A model generated the notes under the pieces. That model had not been told where the DNA came from. It saw only the letters and a list, made by a program, of their open reading frames with translations, and did not search any database. Of a DNA stretch of 61,797 nt, positions 1 through 12,134 are shown piece by piece. Each line of letters begins with the position of its first letter. Within the stretch, counting starts at the first letter, position 1. The DNA comes from Tubiluchus corallicola. Taxonomy: Eukaryota; Animalia; Priapulida. Both the position numbers and the translations under genes were made by a program. The stretch lies in NCBI GenBank assembly GCA_030141605.1, contig JAQGDQ010001114.1:1-61797 (forward strand). Reading direction: 5' to 3'.

Positions 1-392
1 TCATGGAGGAAGTAACTAACGCATCATGGAGGAAGTAACTAACGCATCATGGAGGAAGTAACTAACGCATCTTGGAGGAAGTAACTAACGCATCTTGGAT
101 GAAGTAACTAACGCATCATGGAGGAAGTAACTAACGCATCTTGGAGGAAGTAACTAACGCATCATGGAGGAAGTAACTAACGCATCATGGAGGAAGTAAC
201 TAACGCATCATGGAGGAAGTAACTAACGCATCATGGAGGAAGTAACTAACGCATCATGGAGGAAGTAACTAACGCATCTTGGAGGAAGTAACTAACGCAT
301 CATGGAGGAAGTAACTAACGCATCATGGAGGAAGTAACTAACGCATCTTGGAGGAAGTAACTAACGCATCATGGAGGAAGTAACTAACGCAT
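1..392. repeat. 23-bp minisatellite, ~17 copies, truncated by the window edge
   Basis: Unit CATGGAGGAAGTAACTAACGCAT. Confidence 0.95.
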
Positions 393-1342
393 CACATTCA
401 CTTAAATGCTTAAAATCTCACTCATAGCAACTCTGTGACAAAAACTAAGTACACACTTTCTACTGAAAACATCGAAGTATCTAATATTGAGATTTGTTAT
501 AATACTTCTATCACTAGCGTCATAGAAATCTTAGAAAACAAAAAAAATGTTTTTATAACACAGTAAATTCAGCCACTGGTCTAGTTGTCAGTAGCGGTCA
601 AAATCTGAAAGTCGCATGTCTTGCAAAATTGCTCGTCTGTCCAACACAAGTTTGATGCAAAGCTTGAATGACTTTAACAAAGCAACCAAGTCACCCATTT
701 TTAATGAACTATGCTAATTATGCTTAACTTCACAGCATTTGTAAAAATGTTCTCAATCTGATATTAAGTGATAACAATGAAAATAATGATCTGTTGAAGT
801 TGTTATTATTCGGTAAAGATGAATTTAACTATGTTACAAACTGTAAAATATTCCAATGTATACATGACTTTATATTATGTACTAAACGCTTCCAGTAGTT
901 TCTATCTGATATAAAATGCATCATTCTTAAATAATCGTACATTAATATTTACTAACCGTCATTTTCTACTAATGTCTAATGTATCACTGTAGTAAAACTT
1001 TAGTATACTAAAGTATACTAAAAACTAAGTATAGTCTATTCTTACTGTAAATGTTCTTGTAAATACTGTATAAAGTCTGTTGTGGTGAGGATCTTAAATC
1101 ATGTTGTACAAACTGTCTGATCCAATCCTAAATAAACTATGTTTAAACTAAGTAACAATGAAAACCACTTCTTACTTACTTACTGAGTAATAAACAAACA
1201 ACATGCAACATGGCTCTCGCTTTAAAACAAAATAAGAAAATTGCAACATTTATAATTAAAACCCTCGTTAAAACATGAAAGGTCAAACTGCAATGGTCAC
1301 AGTTTCCGGTATGACCCGATGGTAGATTACAAACTCTGGTAC

Positions 1343-1496
1343 CTCGTGAAAAAATGCCGACATTACGAAAACGGCTACGGCTGCCCAACGTTTGCTGTAG
1401 CCGCGCTTCAACATCGGCCGAAACACGTGTCGTAGAGCAAACTGATGGACGGGAATATTCCATCGACTCCAGAAGTCATTTATAGTTGGCGCATTC
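1343..1496 (-). CDS. DGAT1: DGAT1 exon 14 (catalytic His)
   Basis: [32 protein letters not shown]...VMSAFFHE; donor GTACCA. Confidence 0.96.
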
Positions 1497-4400
1497 CTGG
1501 CAAGCAAATATTTATAAATTAAACAAAGCTCTTGAAGTAACGTAATTAAACATTTTAATGAACTCGACAAAAAATATTGCAAGAGTAAAATATTTATACC
1601 AGCTTTTTGTTTTGTAGTGCTATTACTTTGTTTACGTGTTTCCCATATAATCAACAAACTTGTTTACCATCTGCAAAGTGGCCAGGGACAAAATGGCTGT
1701 ATTAAGCCACATTTAGAAATAACCCAATATACTACCTCCCGTTACCCGCCATCAGTCAGGAAAATTAATATACATGTTCAGCCATGCCAGTAACCTTGAT
1801 ATTATGCCAACTGCACAAGGCTGGTAAGTTGTTCATATCGCGTGCCGTGTAACCATGCTTTGATTGTTTTCTAACTCTACTGTACATCGTACAATCACAA
1901 TAGTAAAGGATTGATAGCTCTGTCGCGTGTCGTGTAACCATGCTTTGATTGTCTACAAGGTGTACTGTACATTGTACAATCACAATAGTAAAGGACTGAT
2001 AGCTCTGCCGTGTGTCGTGTAACAATGCTTTGATTGTTAACAAGGTGTACTGTACATTGTACAATCACAATAGTAAAGGATTGATAGCTCTGTCGCCTGC
2101 CGTGTAACCATGCTTTGATTGTTTACAAGCTGTACTGTACATTGTACAATCACAATAGTAAAGGATTGATAGCTCTGTCGCCTGCCGTGTAACCATGCTT
2201 TGATTGTTTTCTAACTGTACTGTACATTGTACAATCACAATAGTAAAGGATTGATAGCTCTGTCGCGTGCCGTGTAACCATGCTTTGATTGTCTACAAGG
2301 TGTACTGTACATTGTACAATCACAATAGTAAAGGACTGATAGCTCTGTCACATGTCGTGTAACCATGCTTTGATTGTTTACAAGCTGTACTGTACATCGT
2401 ACAATCACAATAGTAAAGGATTGATAGCTCTGTCGCGTGTCGTGTAGCCATGCTTTGATTGTTTTCTAACTGTACTGTACATTGTACAATCACAATAGTA
2501 AAGGATTGATAGCTCTGTCGCGTGTCGTGTAACCATGCTTTGATTATTTACAAGCTGTACTGTACATTGTACAATCACAATAGTAAAAGATTAATAGCTC
2601 TGTCGCGTGTCGTGTAACCATGCTTTGATTGTTTACAAGCTGTACTGTACATTGTACAATCACAATAGTAAAGGATTGATAGCTCTGTCACATGTCGTGT
2701 AATCATGCTTTGATTGTTTTCTAACTGTACTGTACATTGTACAATCACAATAGTAAAGGATTGATAGCTCTGTCGCGTGCCATGTAATCATGCTTTGATT
2801 ATTTACAAGCTGTACTGTACATTGTACAATCACAATAGTAAAGGATTGATAGCTCTGTCACATGTCGTGTAATCATGCTTTGATTGTTTTCTAACTGTAC
2901 TGTACATTGTACAATCACAATAGTAAAGGATTGATAGCTCTGTCGCGTGTCGTGTAACCATGCTTTGATTGTTTACAAGCTGTACTGTACATTGTACAAT
3001 CACAATAGTAAAGGATTGATAGCTCTGCCGCGTGTCGTGTAATCATGCTTTGATTGTTAACAAGCTGTACTGTACATTGTACAATCACAATAGTAAAGGA
3101 TTGATAGCTCTGCCGCGTGTCGTGTAATCATGCTTTGATTGTTAACAAGCTGTACTGTACATTGTACAATCACAATAGTAAAGGATTGATAGCTCTGTCG
3201 CGTGTCCTGTAACCATGCTTTGATTGTTTACAAGCTGTACTGTACATTGTACAATCACAATAGTAAAGGATTGATAGCTCTGCCGCGTGTCGTGTAATCA
3301 TGCTTTGATTGTTAACAAGCTGTACTGTACATTGTACAATCACAATAGTAAAGGATTGATAACTCTGTCGCGTGTCGTGTAATCATGCTTTGATTGTTAA
3401 CAAGCTGTACTGTACATTGTACAATCACAATAGTAAAGGATTGATAGCTCTGCCGCGTGTCGTGTAATCATGCTTTGATTGTTAACAAGCTGTACTGTAC
3501 ATTGTACAATCACAATAGTAAAGGATTGATAGCTCTGTCGCGTGTCCTGTAACCATGCTTTGATTGTTTACAAGCTGTACTGTACATCGTACAATCACAA
3601 TAGTAAAGGATTGATAGCTCTGTCGCGTGTCGTGTAACCATGCTTTGATTGTTAACAAGCTGTACTGTACATTGTACAATCACAATAGTAAAGGATTGAT
3701 AGCTCTGTCGCGTGTCGTGTAACCATGCTTTGATTGTTAACAAGCTGTACTGTACATTGTACAATCACAATAGTAAAGGATTGATAGCTCTGTCGCGTGT
3801 CGTGTAACCATGCTTTGATTGTTTTCTAACTGTACTGTACATTGTACAATCACAATAGTAAAGGATTGATAGCTCTAATATTATTGTCAATGCGCCGCGC
3901 AGTCATAATAGTAACTAACAAGAAAACACTGGGTTTTTCATCACAAGAAATGCGATGTTCAGTTGTTCAAAGAATGATCCAAGTAAATCTAGTTATGATC
4001 AACGTTTTTTACATAGACATGTTTAGCTGGAGCAGTAGGCCTACAGTCTATTGCACACATATGGTTTAATTCAAGACACATTTATTATGAACACAAAATG
4101 CTCTTGTTGAAGATGATTCATTCTGAATTATTCATTAATTCACAAATTATTAATTTAATCATTTTCTTTTAATACGTTAACGTTTAGAGTAAAATTGAGG
4201 AGTCTAATCTGTGTACACTTGTCTGACTGGTTTGTGATTTGTTTATGGCAAAAATTTAACACGCCTCATCATAACACCCTAAGTCGTTCTGACACCAACT
4301 TTTTTCACATCCCAAAATGGCTGGTATGGAGAAGTTTGACTGAACATCATTGTAAAAAAAATGGTTAATAATGCAGAGGTAAAAATGTTCATTTCCAAAG

Positions 4401-7400
4401 AAAGGTTCAGAAGTATCGAATGCATAAAAATGAATCTTGTAATAAAAGTGCAAAATGTTCTTTGGTTAATGTTTAAGTTTTCTACTGCTAAACTGTTACT
4501 TTTTACTGCAAATTTCTACTTTTGTTTTACTTTTACCTTTACTTCTACTGTTAAACTGTTACTTTTACTGCAAATTTCTACTTTTGTTTTACTTTTACCT
4601 TTACTTCTACTGTTAAACTGTTACTTTTTACTGCAAATTTCTACTTTTGTTTTACTTTTACCTTTACTTCTACTGTTAAACTGTTACTTTTTACTGCAAA
4701 TTTCTACTTTTGTTTTACTTTTACCTTTTACTTCTACTGTTAAACTGTTACTTTTTACTGCAAATTTCTACTTTTGTTGTACTTTTACCTTTACTTCTAC
4801 TGTTAAACTGTTACTTTTACTGCAAATTTTCTACTTTTGTTTTACTTTTACCTTTTACTTCTACTGTTAAACTGTTACTTTTTACTGCAAATTCTACTTT
4901 TGTTTTAAAATTACCTTTTACTTCTACTGTTAAACTGTTACTTTTTACTGCAAATTTCTACTTCTGTTTTACTTTTACCTTTACTTCTACTGTTACTACT
5001 ACAAACTTTTACACTGTTACTTCGCTACTTACCACCAGTCTAAATAAAACTGCCGGTCAGAAAAACGCAAAAGTTCGGCTACCACATTCAAGCTGAAAAA
5101 GAACCAAAATTACAGCGTAATAGAAGCGATTTCTCTTTGTGGGTTTTAAATAATAATAAAATAATTTTTTAAGAAATTTTAAACAGAATACCTGCTGTGG
5201 AAAACACAGTAGAAAAAAATTAACCAAATGATGTGGTTTGGAATCTGAAAAATAAACAGCAACAATTCATTAATTAATGAGACTGATACAATTTACCAGT
5301 CATACTTAGCATCCGCTAGGTGTTGCCTAGCAACGGATACTACAAAATGTACATGGGTCACACAAAATCGGTCATAGCGATCAGCAAAAAGCATGAAGTT
5401 TCTGACTGCGTTACCACTCCCAGTAAAACATGATATTAAAATAGGGTTACCATACGTTAAAACACCAAAATTTTTTCATGTTTAGACAAAATAACATGTA
5501 CACTTGCCATACGACAATCAGTGCATCATTAGCTAGGGTTACCATATGTCCGGGTTTCCCCGGACACATCCTCTTTTTGGGCCTCTGTCTGGGTTTTCAA
5601 AAAATCGGCAGTTTGTCCGGGTTTTGCCTCAATCCATATGTACGAACGTTACCAACTGCAGAGGCGTACGACAGGACGAGACAAAGAAAAGCTCGTTAAT
5701 TTTCAATACAAGATGCTGCTAACATCTCAAAATGCAACCCTTGTAAAAGCTTTGTGTACGTGTTTACTGAACAAAAGTAAGCGATGGTTGCAAAAGCACT
5801 TAGCAATATACGTTATTGTGATGTAGCATGTAGGCCTATTTGTATAATTTGCATTTCATTTTGCATTGTTTTAATAAACCCTAGACTGGTCATTTTTGCC
5901 TACTTACAAGTGTGCGAAAAAGTGTCCTCTTTTTCAACTCGGACAATATTGTAACCCTATATTAAGATCTGTAGTAAAATTGAATATTTGGGCATGTCAA
6001 AGTCATTTTTGAAGTTGTTACAGAGTCACTTTTGATATGCTAGAGTTTAGACACATACAGTAAAGCATGAGTTACCAAACAGCTACAATAAATTCTTGTA
6101 TTTGATACCACAGAAAAGTGTTTATTTTACTACAGAAACATGAGAAGAAAAGTGCTGCACTCTGAACATTTTAGCGAAACTTAGAATAAAAATCAGTCAG
6201 TAAATCTGTTTCGCAGCTAGAATTCAGACATTAACTTAGACCTATATAGACTTGCACAGGCTTCACAACAACCATTAATTTAAAATAGGGAGAAGAGCAG
6301 TATGAATGGAATCACTGGACAATACAATTATACTGCAGGTAAGTCAGGTATTAGAAGTTTACAGGATTAGCACTAGATGGCAGCAGTATGAATGGAATCA
6401 CTGGACCATACAATTATACTGCAGGTAAGTCAGGTATTAGAAGTTTACAGGATTAGCACTAGATGGCAGCAGTATGAATGGAATCACTGGACCATACAAT
6501 TATACTGCAGGTAAGTCAGGTATTAGAAGTTTACAGGATTAGCACTAGATGGCAGCAGTATGAATGCAATCACTGGACCATACAATTATACTGCAGGTAA
6601 GTCAGGTATTAGAAGTTTACAAGATTAGCACTAGATGGCAGCAGTATGAATGCAATCACTGGACCATACAATTATACTGCAGGTAAGTCAGGTATTAGAA
6701 GTTTACAGGATTAGCACTAGATGGCAGCAGTATGAATGCAATCACTGGACCATACAATTATACTGCAGGTAAGTCAGGTATCAGAAGTTTACAGGATTAG
6801 CACTAGATGGCAGCAGTATGAATGCAATCACTGGACCATACAATTATACTGCAGGGAAGTCAGGTATTAGAAGTTTACAGGATTAGCACTAGATGGCAAC
6901 AGTATGAATGCAATCACTGGACCACACAATTATACTGCAAGTAAGTCAGGTATTAGAAGTTTACAGGATTAGCACTAGATGGCAGCAGTATGAATGCAAT
7001 CACTGGACCATACAATTATACTGCAGGTAAGTCAGGTATTAGAAGTTTACAGGATTAGCACTAGATGGCAGCAGTATGAATGCAATCACTGGACCATACA
7101 ATTATACTGCAGGTAAGTCAGGTATTAGAAGTTTACAGGATTAGCACTAGATGGCAGCAGTATGAATGCAATCACTGGACCATACAATTATACTACAGGT
7201 AAGTCAGGTATTAGAAGCTTACAGGATTAGCACTAGATGGCAGCAGTATGAATGCAATCGCTGGACCACACAATTATACTGCAAGTAAGTCAGGTATTAG
7301 AAGTTTACAGGATTAGCACTAGATGGCAGCAGTATGAATGCCATCACTGGACCATACAATTATACTGCAGGTAAGTCAGGTATTAGAAGTTTACAGGATT

Positions 7401-10400
7401 AGCACTAGATGGCAGCAGTATGAATGGAATCACTGGACCATACAATTATACTGCAAGTAAGTCAGGTATTAGAAGTTTACAGGATTAGCACTAGATGGCA
7501 GCAGTATGAATGCAATCGCTGGACCACACAATTATACTGCAAGTAAGTCAGGTATTAGAAGTTTACAGGATTAGCACTAGATGGCAGCAGTATGAATGCC
7601 ATCACTGGACCATACGATTATACTGCAAGTAAGTCAGGTATTAGAAGTTTACAGGATTAGCACTAGATGGCAGCAGTATGAATGCAATCACTGGACCATA
7701 CAATTATACTACAGGTAAGTCAGGTATTAGAAGTTTACAGGATTAGCACTAGATGGCAGCACAATGCATCGATGTACAGGGTCATCTGTACTGATCAAAA
7801 GATTATTTGATACTAAATTTCTTTTACCACTTATTCTTTCAAGAGCTTTTCCTACTAAGTCATCAGTTCTTAAATTCCACCAGTTTGTATATAAACTGCT
7901 TCTGCTCCTGCCTTGAACACTCGGAAATGCCAAACAGTTGCACATGGTTTCAGTTTTTTTCCTATGGCCTCTTCTCTGTGGAAATCTTTAACAGAAAATT
8001 GTTTTCCTGACAACTTACAACCTCACTAACTTTAGGAAAAATGCCAGGAGATGTGACAGCCAATTAATTCCTAAAGATTCTGTTTTGTTTTACCCGTATT
8101 CCTCTTTCGTTTGCAGTCCCTAGTGACCGCTGGCCTTGTTTGGGCCATGAAACCAAACAGTTATTTGGCCGTTGCCATTGTCAGCGTAATGATATTTTCT
8201 TTCGCTCATTTTATGAGAACTGCAGTATAGTTTCGCAATTTCTCTCAACTTTGTTCAAAAATCTTGACGTTGGTTTTCACTGCAAAAGGCAGGTTTAGTA
8301 GCCGTGCGGCCATCCCACTGCTTCCTTCACGCTGGACAAATCAATACTATACAGCTTCAGCTGCTATTACAGTTAGGCTTGTACTGTGTAACAGTGTGCA
8401 GTAGTCTTCCTATAGGTTTTTTAGATTTAGATTTAAAATTTTATTTCAAACTTCACAAAGTTCATAAACACATCACAAATTAATACAAATAATACAATAA
8501 ATCATGAAACACAACAATAACACAAATAACATATTGACGATATAACAAACTACGCCAATGACGTCTAATTACAGAAGAAAAGTTTGCATCACTGTTTTAA
8601 AATGTTCTTGCATATAAAATTTTTACTCTTATTCAGCCTGACGTATAAACTGTTATGCACATTTTCTGTGAATCACATCAAAATAAATAATATTAAGTCT
8701 AGTAGAAATATATCTTGCGCTCGTATCATATGAAAAGTTAAACAGCTTCCGTGTTGATACGTTATATGCAACCTTGAGTTTGCTAAGATTGTAAGAATAA
8801 AAATGTCTCCAAGTGGACATACAATAAAAAGTAGTGCAGTAAGCATTAAACAATTGTCTGTTCACGTTAACTGAACAGTGAGTAAATTTCATGAGTAATT
8901 TATTTGCTCTACCATAGTAAATTGAACATTGTCGTAATATATGACCCAGATATTTTTCCTTTTTACTAGGCACAAAACTTTTACACTGCAAAATAACAGA
9001 CCCAAAAGTAAACTGCTGCATGTGGGCGGAGCGAAACGTGGTAATTCATGGAGTCTCCCACTGTCTTGGAGTTTGTTAGAAAAATAGTTTGAACTTTGAC
9101 CTGTTGTACATCCAGCTTATGTTTTATCAGCGAGATTGTTATTAATTCATTATGTAATTGTGTGAGAACTCTTCCTACTGGGAGGCTGATCAGTGCGAAA
9201 TGTAAAATTGATGATGGTTTCTTCATCAGTGTTGCTGTTGGGGATAATGATACTGTAATGTGCTGCCACCTTTTAGGCCTTGAATAAATTACTTGCTGTA
9301 AATTTGGACTGTATACGTATATACTCAGGTGATTCATCTTTCTTTATACAGAAAGCAATAGGACAGTAAGAGTGTCACTCTGTCTAGATTCTGCTTAATA
9401 TAGCCTGATTTGATCTTTTGGTAAATGCTTGTGACTTGCAGTTTGTTGATGAAGTTTGTTGATGCTTTTCAGATTTAAATGCCAGAGCTGCCAATATACG
9501 TAAGTTCAAAGTTTAATTTTTTATGATGCTTCTAGTGAATTTGTAATACTCAGTAATGCCAGATACTGCGTGATTACATGGTTAATAGTCAATGTAATTG
9601 TTATGTTTAATATGAAATCCAACAAACGCGTCGGCTATTTAATCATTTTTGTTTATATGAACCAAATGTGGAATAATTTTGTGGCAATTGCAAAATATGT
9701 TTACGTAAATTAGGAAAAATTATTTAAGAACAGTTTGTTTTTGTAATACACTCCTAAATGATTTAATATTTTGATTTATCTTTTTTCCCCAGAATAAATA
9801 ACCGTTAGCAAGCCAATGCGGAATTAGAAGTTTTGTTTTGGGACATTCCGTCAGCTACAGTTGCAGTGAAGTAGTAACTGAAATCTTATTAATACATTCT
9901 GAATAGTGACAACTAAAAACAACGAATATAAACTCTGCTGCTGAACAGGATGACTTGTATAAAAAATTATTATAAAATAAAACGTACTTACAGCTAATTT
10001 GAGAAGCCTTTCAACCATTCGAGAGAAATTCATCTCCTGCAAGTAAATAATGACTAAATAAATATTGTGAACATCAACAATCATGCTGTTTCAATCTCCA
10101 TTACAAAAGCACATAAATTTATCTATGCAAAATTATATTACTGTACCAAAATCTGACCCATCAAACAACAATATACATATAATAATTTATGTATATCTTA
10201 ACCCTTTCATACCCGTTGTATCCCGTGGGATACGAGAATATTTTCTGCCTTTAAAATTAATAAAATTTTAAAACTGACAGTTATTTGATCTGTTAATAGT
10301 TATTTTGATTTAAGCCAATAACAATAGACTAAAAGTGGTGATAAAATGGCAAACTAGAAAATCTACATAGCATAAAAAACTGTGCAAGGTACAGTACTTT

Positions 10401-11819
10401 AGAGACGACTTTGTACAGATCAGCATAGCATGCATACTAAATGTCTTAAATACTTTAAAAAATTATCAGCAGTTGCAAAATGAAGCACATTTTTTGTTTT
10501 TGTTGTGTTTTTATTAAAAAAATAATTTGGGACTGAAAGGGTTAAGTTGCACTGTATTCAGAGGCGTATCAAGACTTTAGGATGCTCTAATTCTGTCCCG
10601 TCCATCTTTATTATGAATTTACAGCAGTATGTCTATCAAGCTGAACCTACAAGCACTAGGAGGTGGGCATGATTGACTACTAGCAATCAATTATTCGCCC
10701 GCTAGTCTCTGGTACCGATACGTTGCTAACCAAATACTAAGTAATTACATTTTATTCGTAAATTTATAAGAATTTGAAACGGGAACAATGCAGAATGCAT
10801 TTGAAATAATTTTCAACACGAGTAAATCGCGGACGTGAACACTTTCAAACACAGAACTCGTGTAGCTGCACGTTCAGCTATTTTGATTAAGCTTAGCTTA
10901 CACTGAGAGCAGAGGCTTGTATTAGCCACACTTCCTTTAAAACAAGTAAGTAAGTAAGTAAGTAAGTCAGTCAGTCAGTCAGTCAGTCAGTCAGTCAGTC
11001 AGTCAGTCAGTCAGTCAGTCAGTCAGTCAGTCAGTTTACTTTTGGGTCAGTTGTTTTGCAGTATAAAAGTTTTGTACCAAGTAAAAAGGAAAAATATCTG
11101 GGACATATTTTATCAGATGACAATAGAGATGATTTAGATATATTACGACAATGTTCAATTTACTATGGTAGAGCAAATAAATTAATCATGAAATTTACTC
11201 ACTGTTCAGTTAACGTGAAGAGACAATTGCTTACTGCTTACTGCACTACTTTTTATTGTATGTCCACTTGGAGACATTTTTATTCTTACAATCTTAGCAA
11301 ACTCAAGGTTGCATATAATGTATCAACACGGAAGCTGTTTAACTTTTCATATGATACGAGCGCAAGATATATTTCTACTAGACTTAATATTATTTATTTT
11401 GATGTGATTCACAGAAAATGTGCATACAGTTTATATGTCAGGCTAAATAAGAGTGAAAATTTTATATGCAAAAACATTTTAAACAGTGACGTAAACTTTT
11501 CTTCTGTAATTAGACGTCATTGGCGTAGTTTGTTATATAGTTAATTGTTATCTGTGTTATTGTTGTGTGTCATGATTTATTGTATTATTTGTATTAATTT
11601 GTGATGTGTTTATGAACTTTGCGAAGTTTGAAATAAAATATTGAATCTGAATCTGAATCAGTCAGTCAGTCAGTCAGTCAGTCAGTCAGTCAGTCAGTCA
11701 GTCAGTCAGTCAGTCAGTCAGTCAGTCAGTCAGTCAGTCAGTCAGTCAGTCAGTCAGTCAGTCAGTCAGTCAGTCAGTCAGTCAGTCAGTCAGTCAGTCA
11801 GTCAGTCAGTCAGTCAGTC

Positions 11820-11905
<86 letters not shown>

Positions 11906-12063
11906 CAAGTAAGCAAGTAAGCAAGCAAGCAAGTAAGTAAGTAAGTCAGTTAGTCAGGTAGTAAGTCAGTAAGTAAGTAAATAGGTAAGTAAGTCAGTCA
12001 GTAAGTGAGTGAGTAAGTCAGTAAGTGAGTAAGTCAGTGAGTGAGTGAGTGAGTGAGTGAGTG

Positions 12064-12134
<71 letters not shown>

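Noticed and set aside
8981-9337. Possible decayed endonuclease fragment next to LINE copy A
   Set aside because: Only a vague, frameshifted resemblance that cannot be supported without a search.
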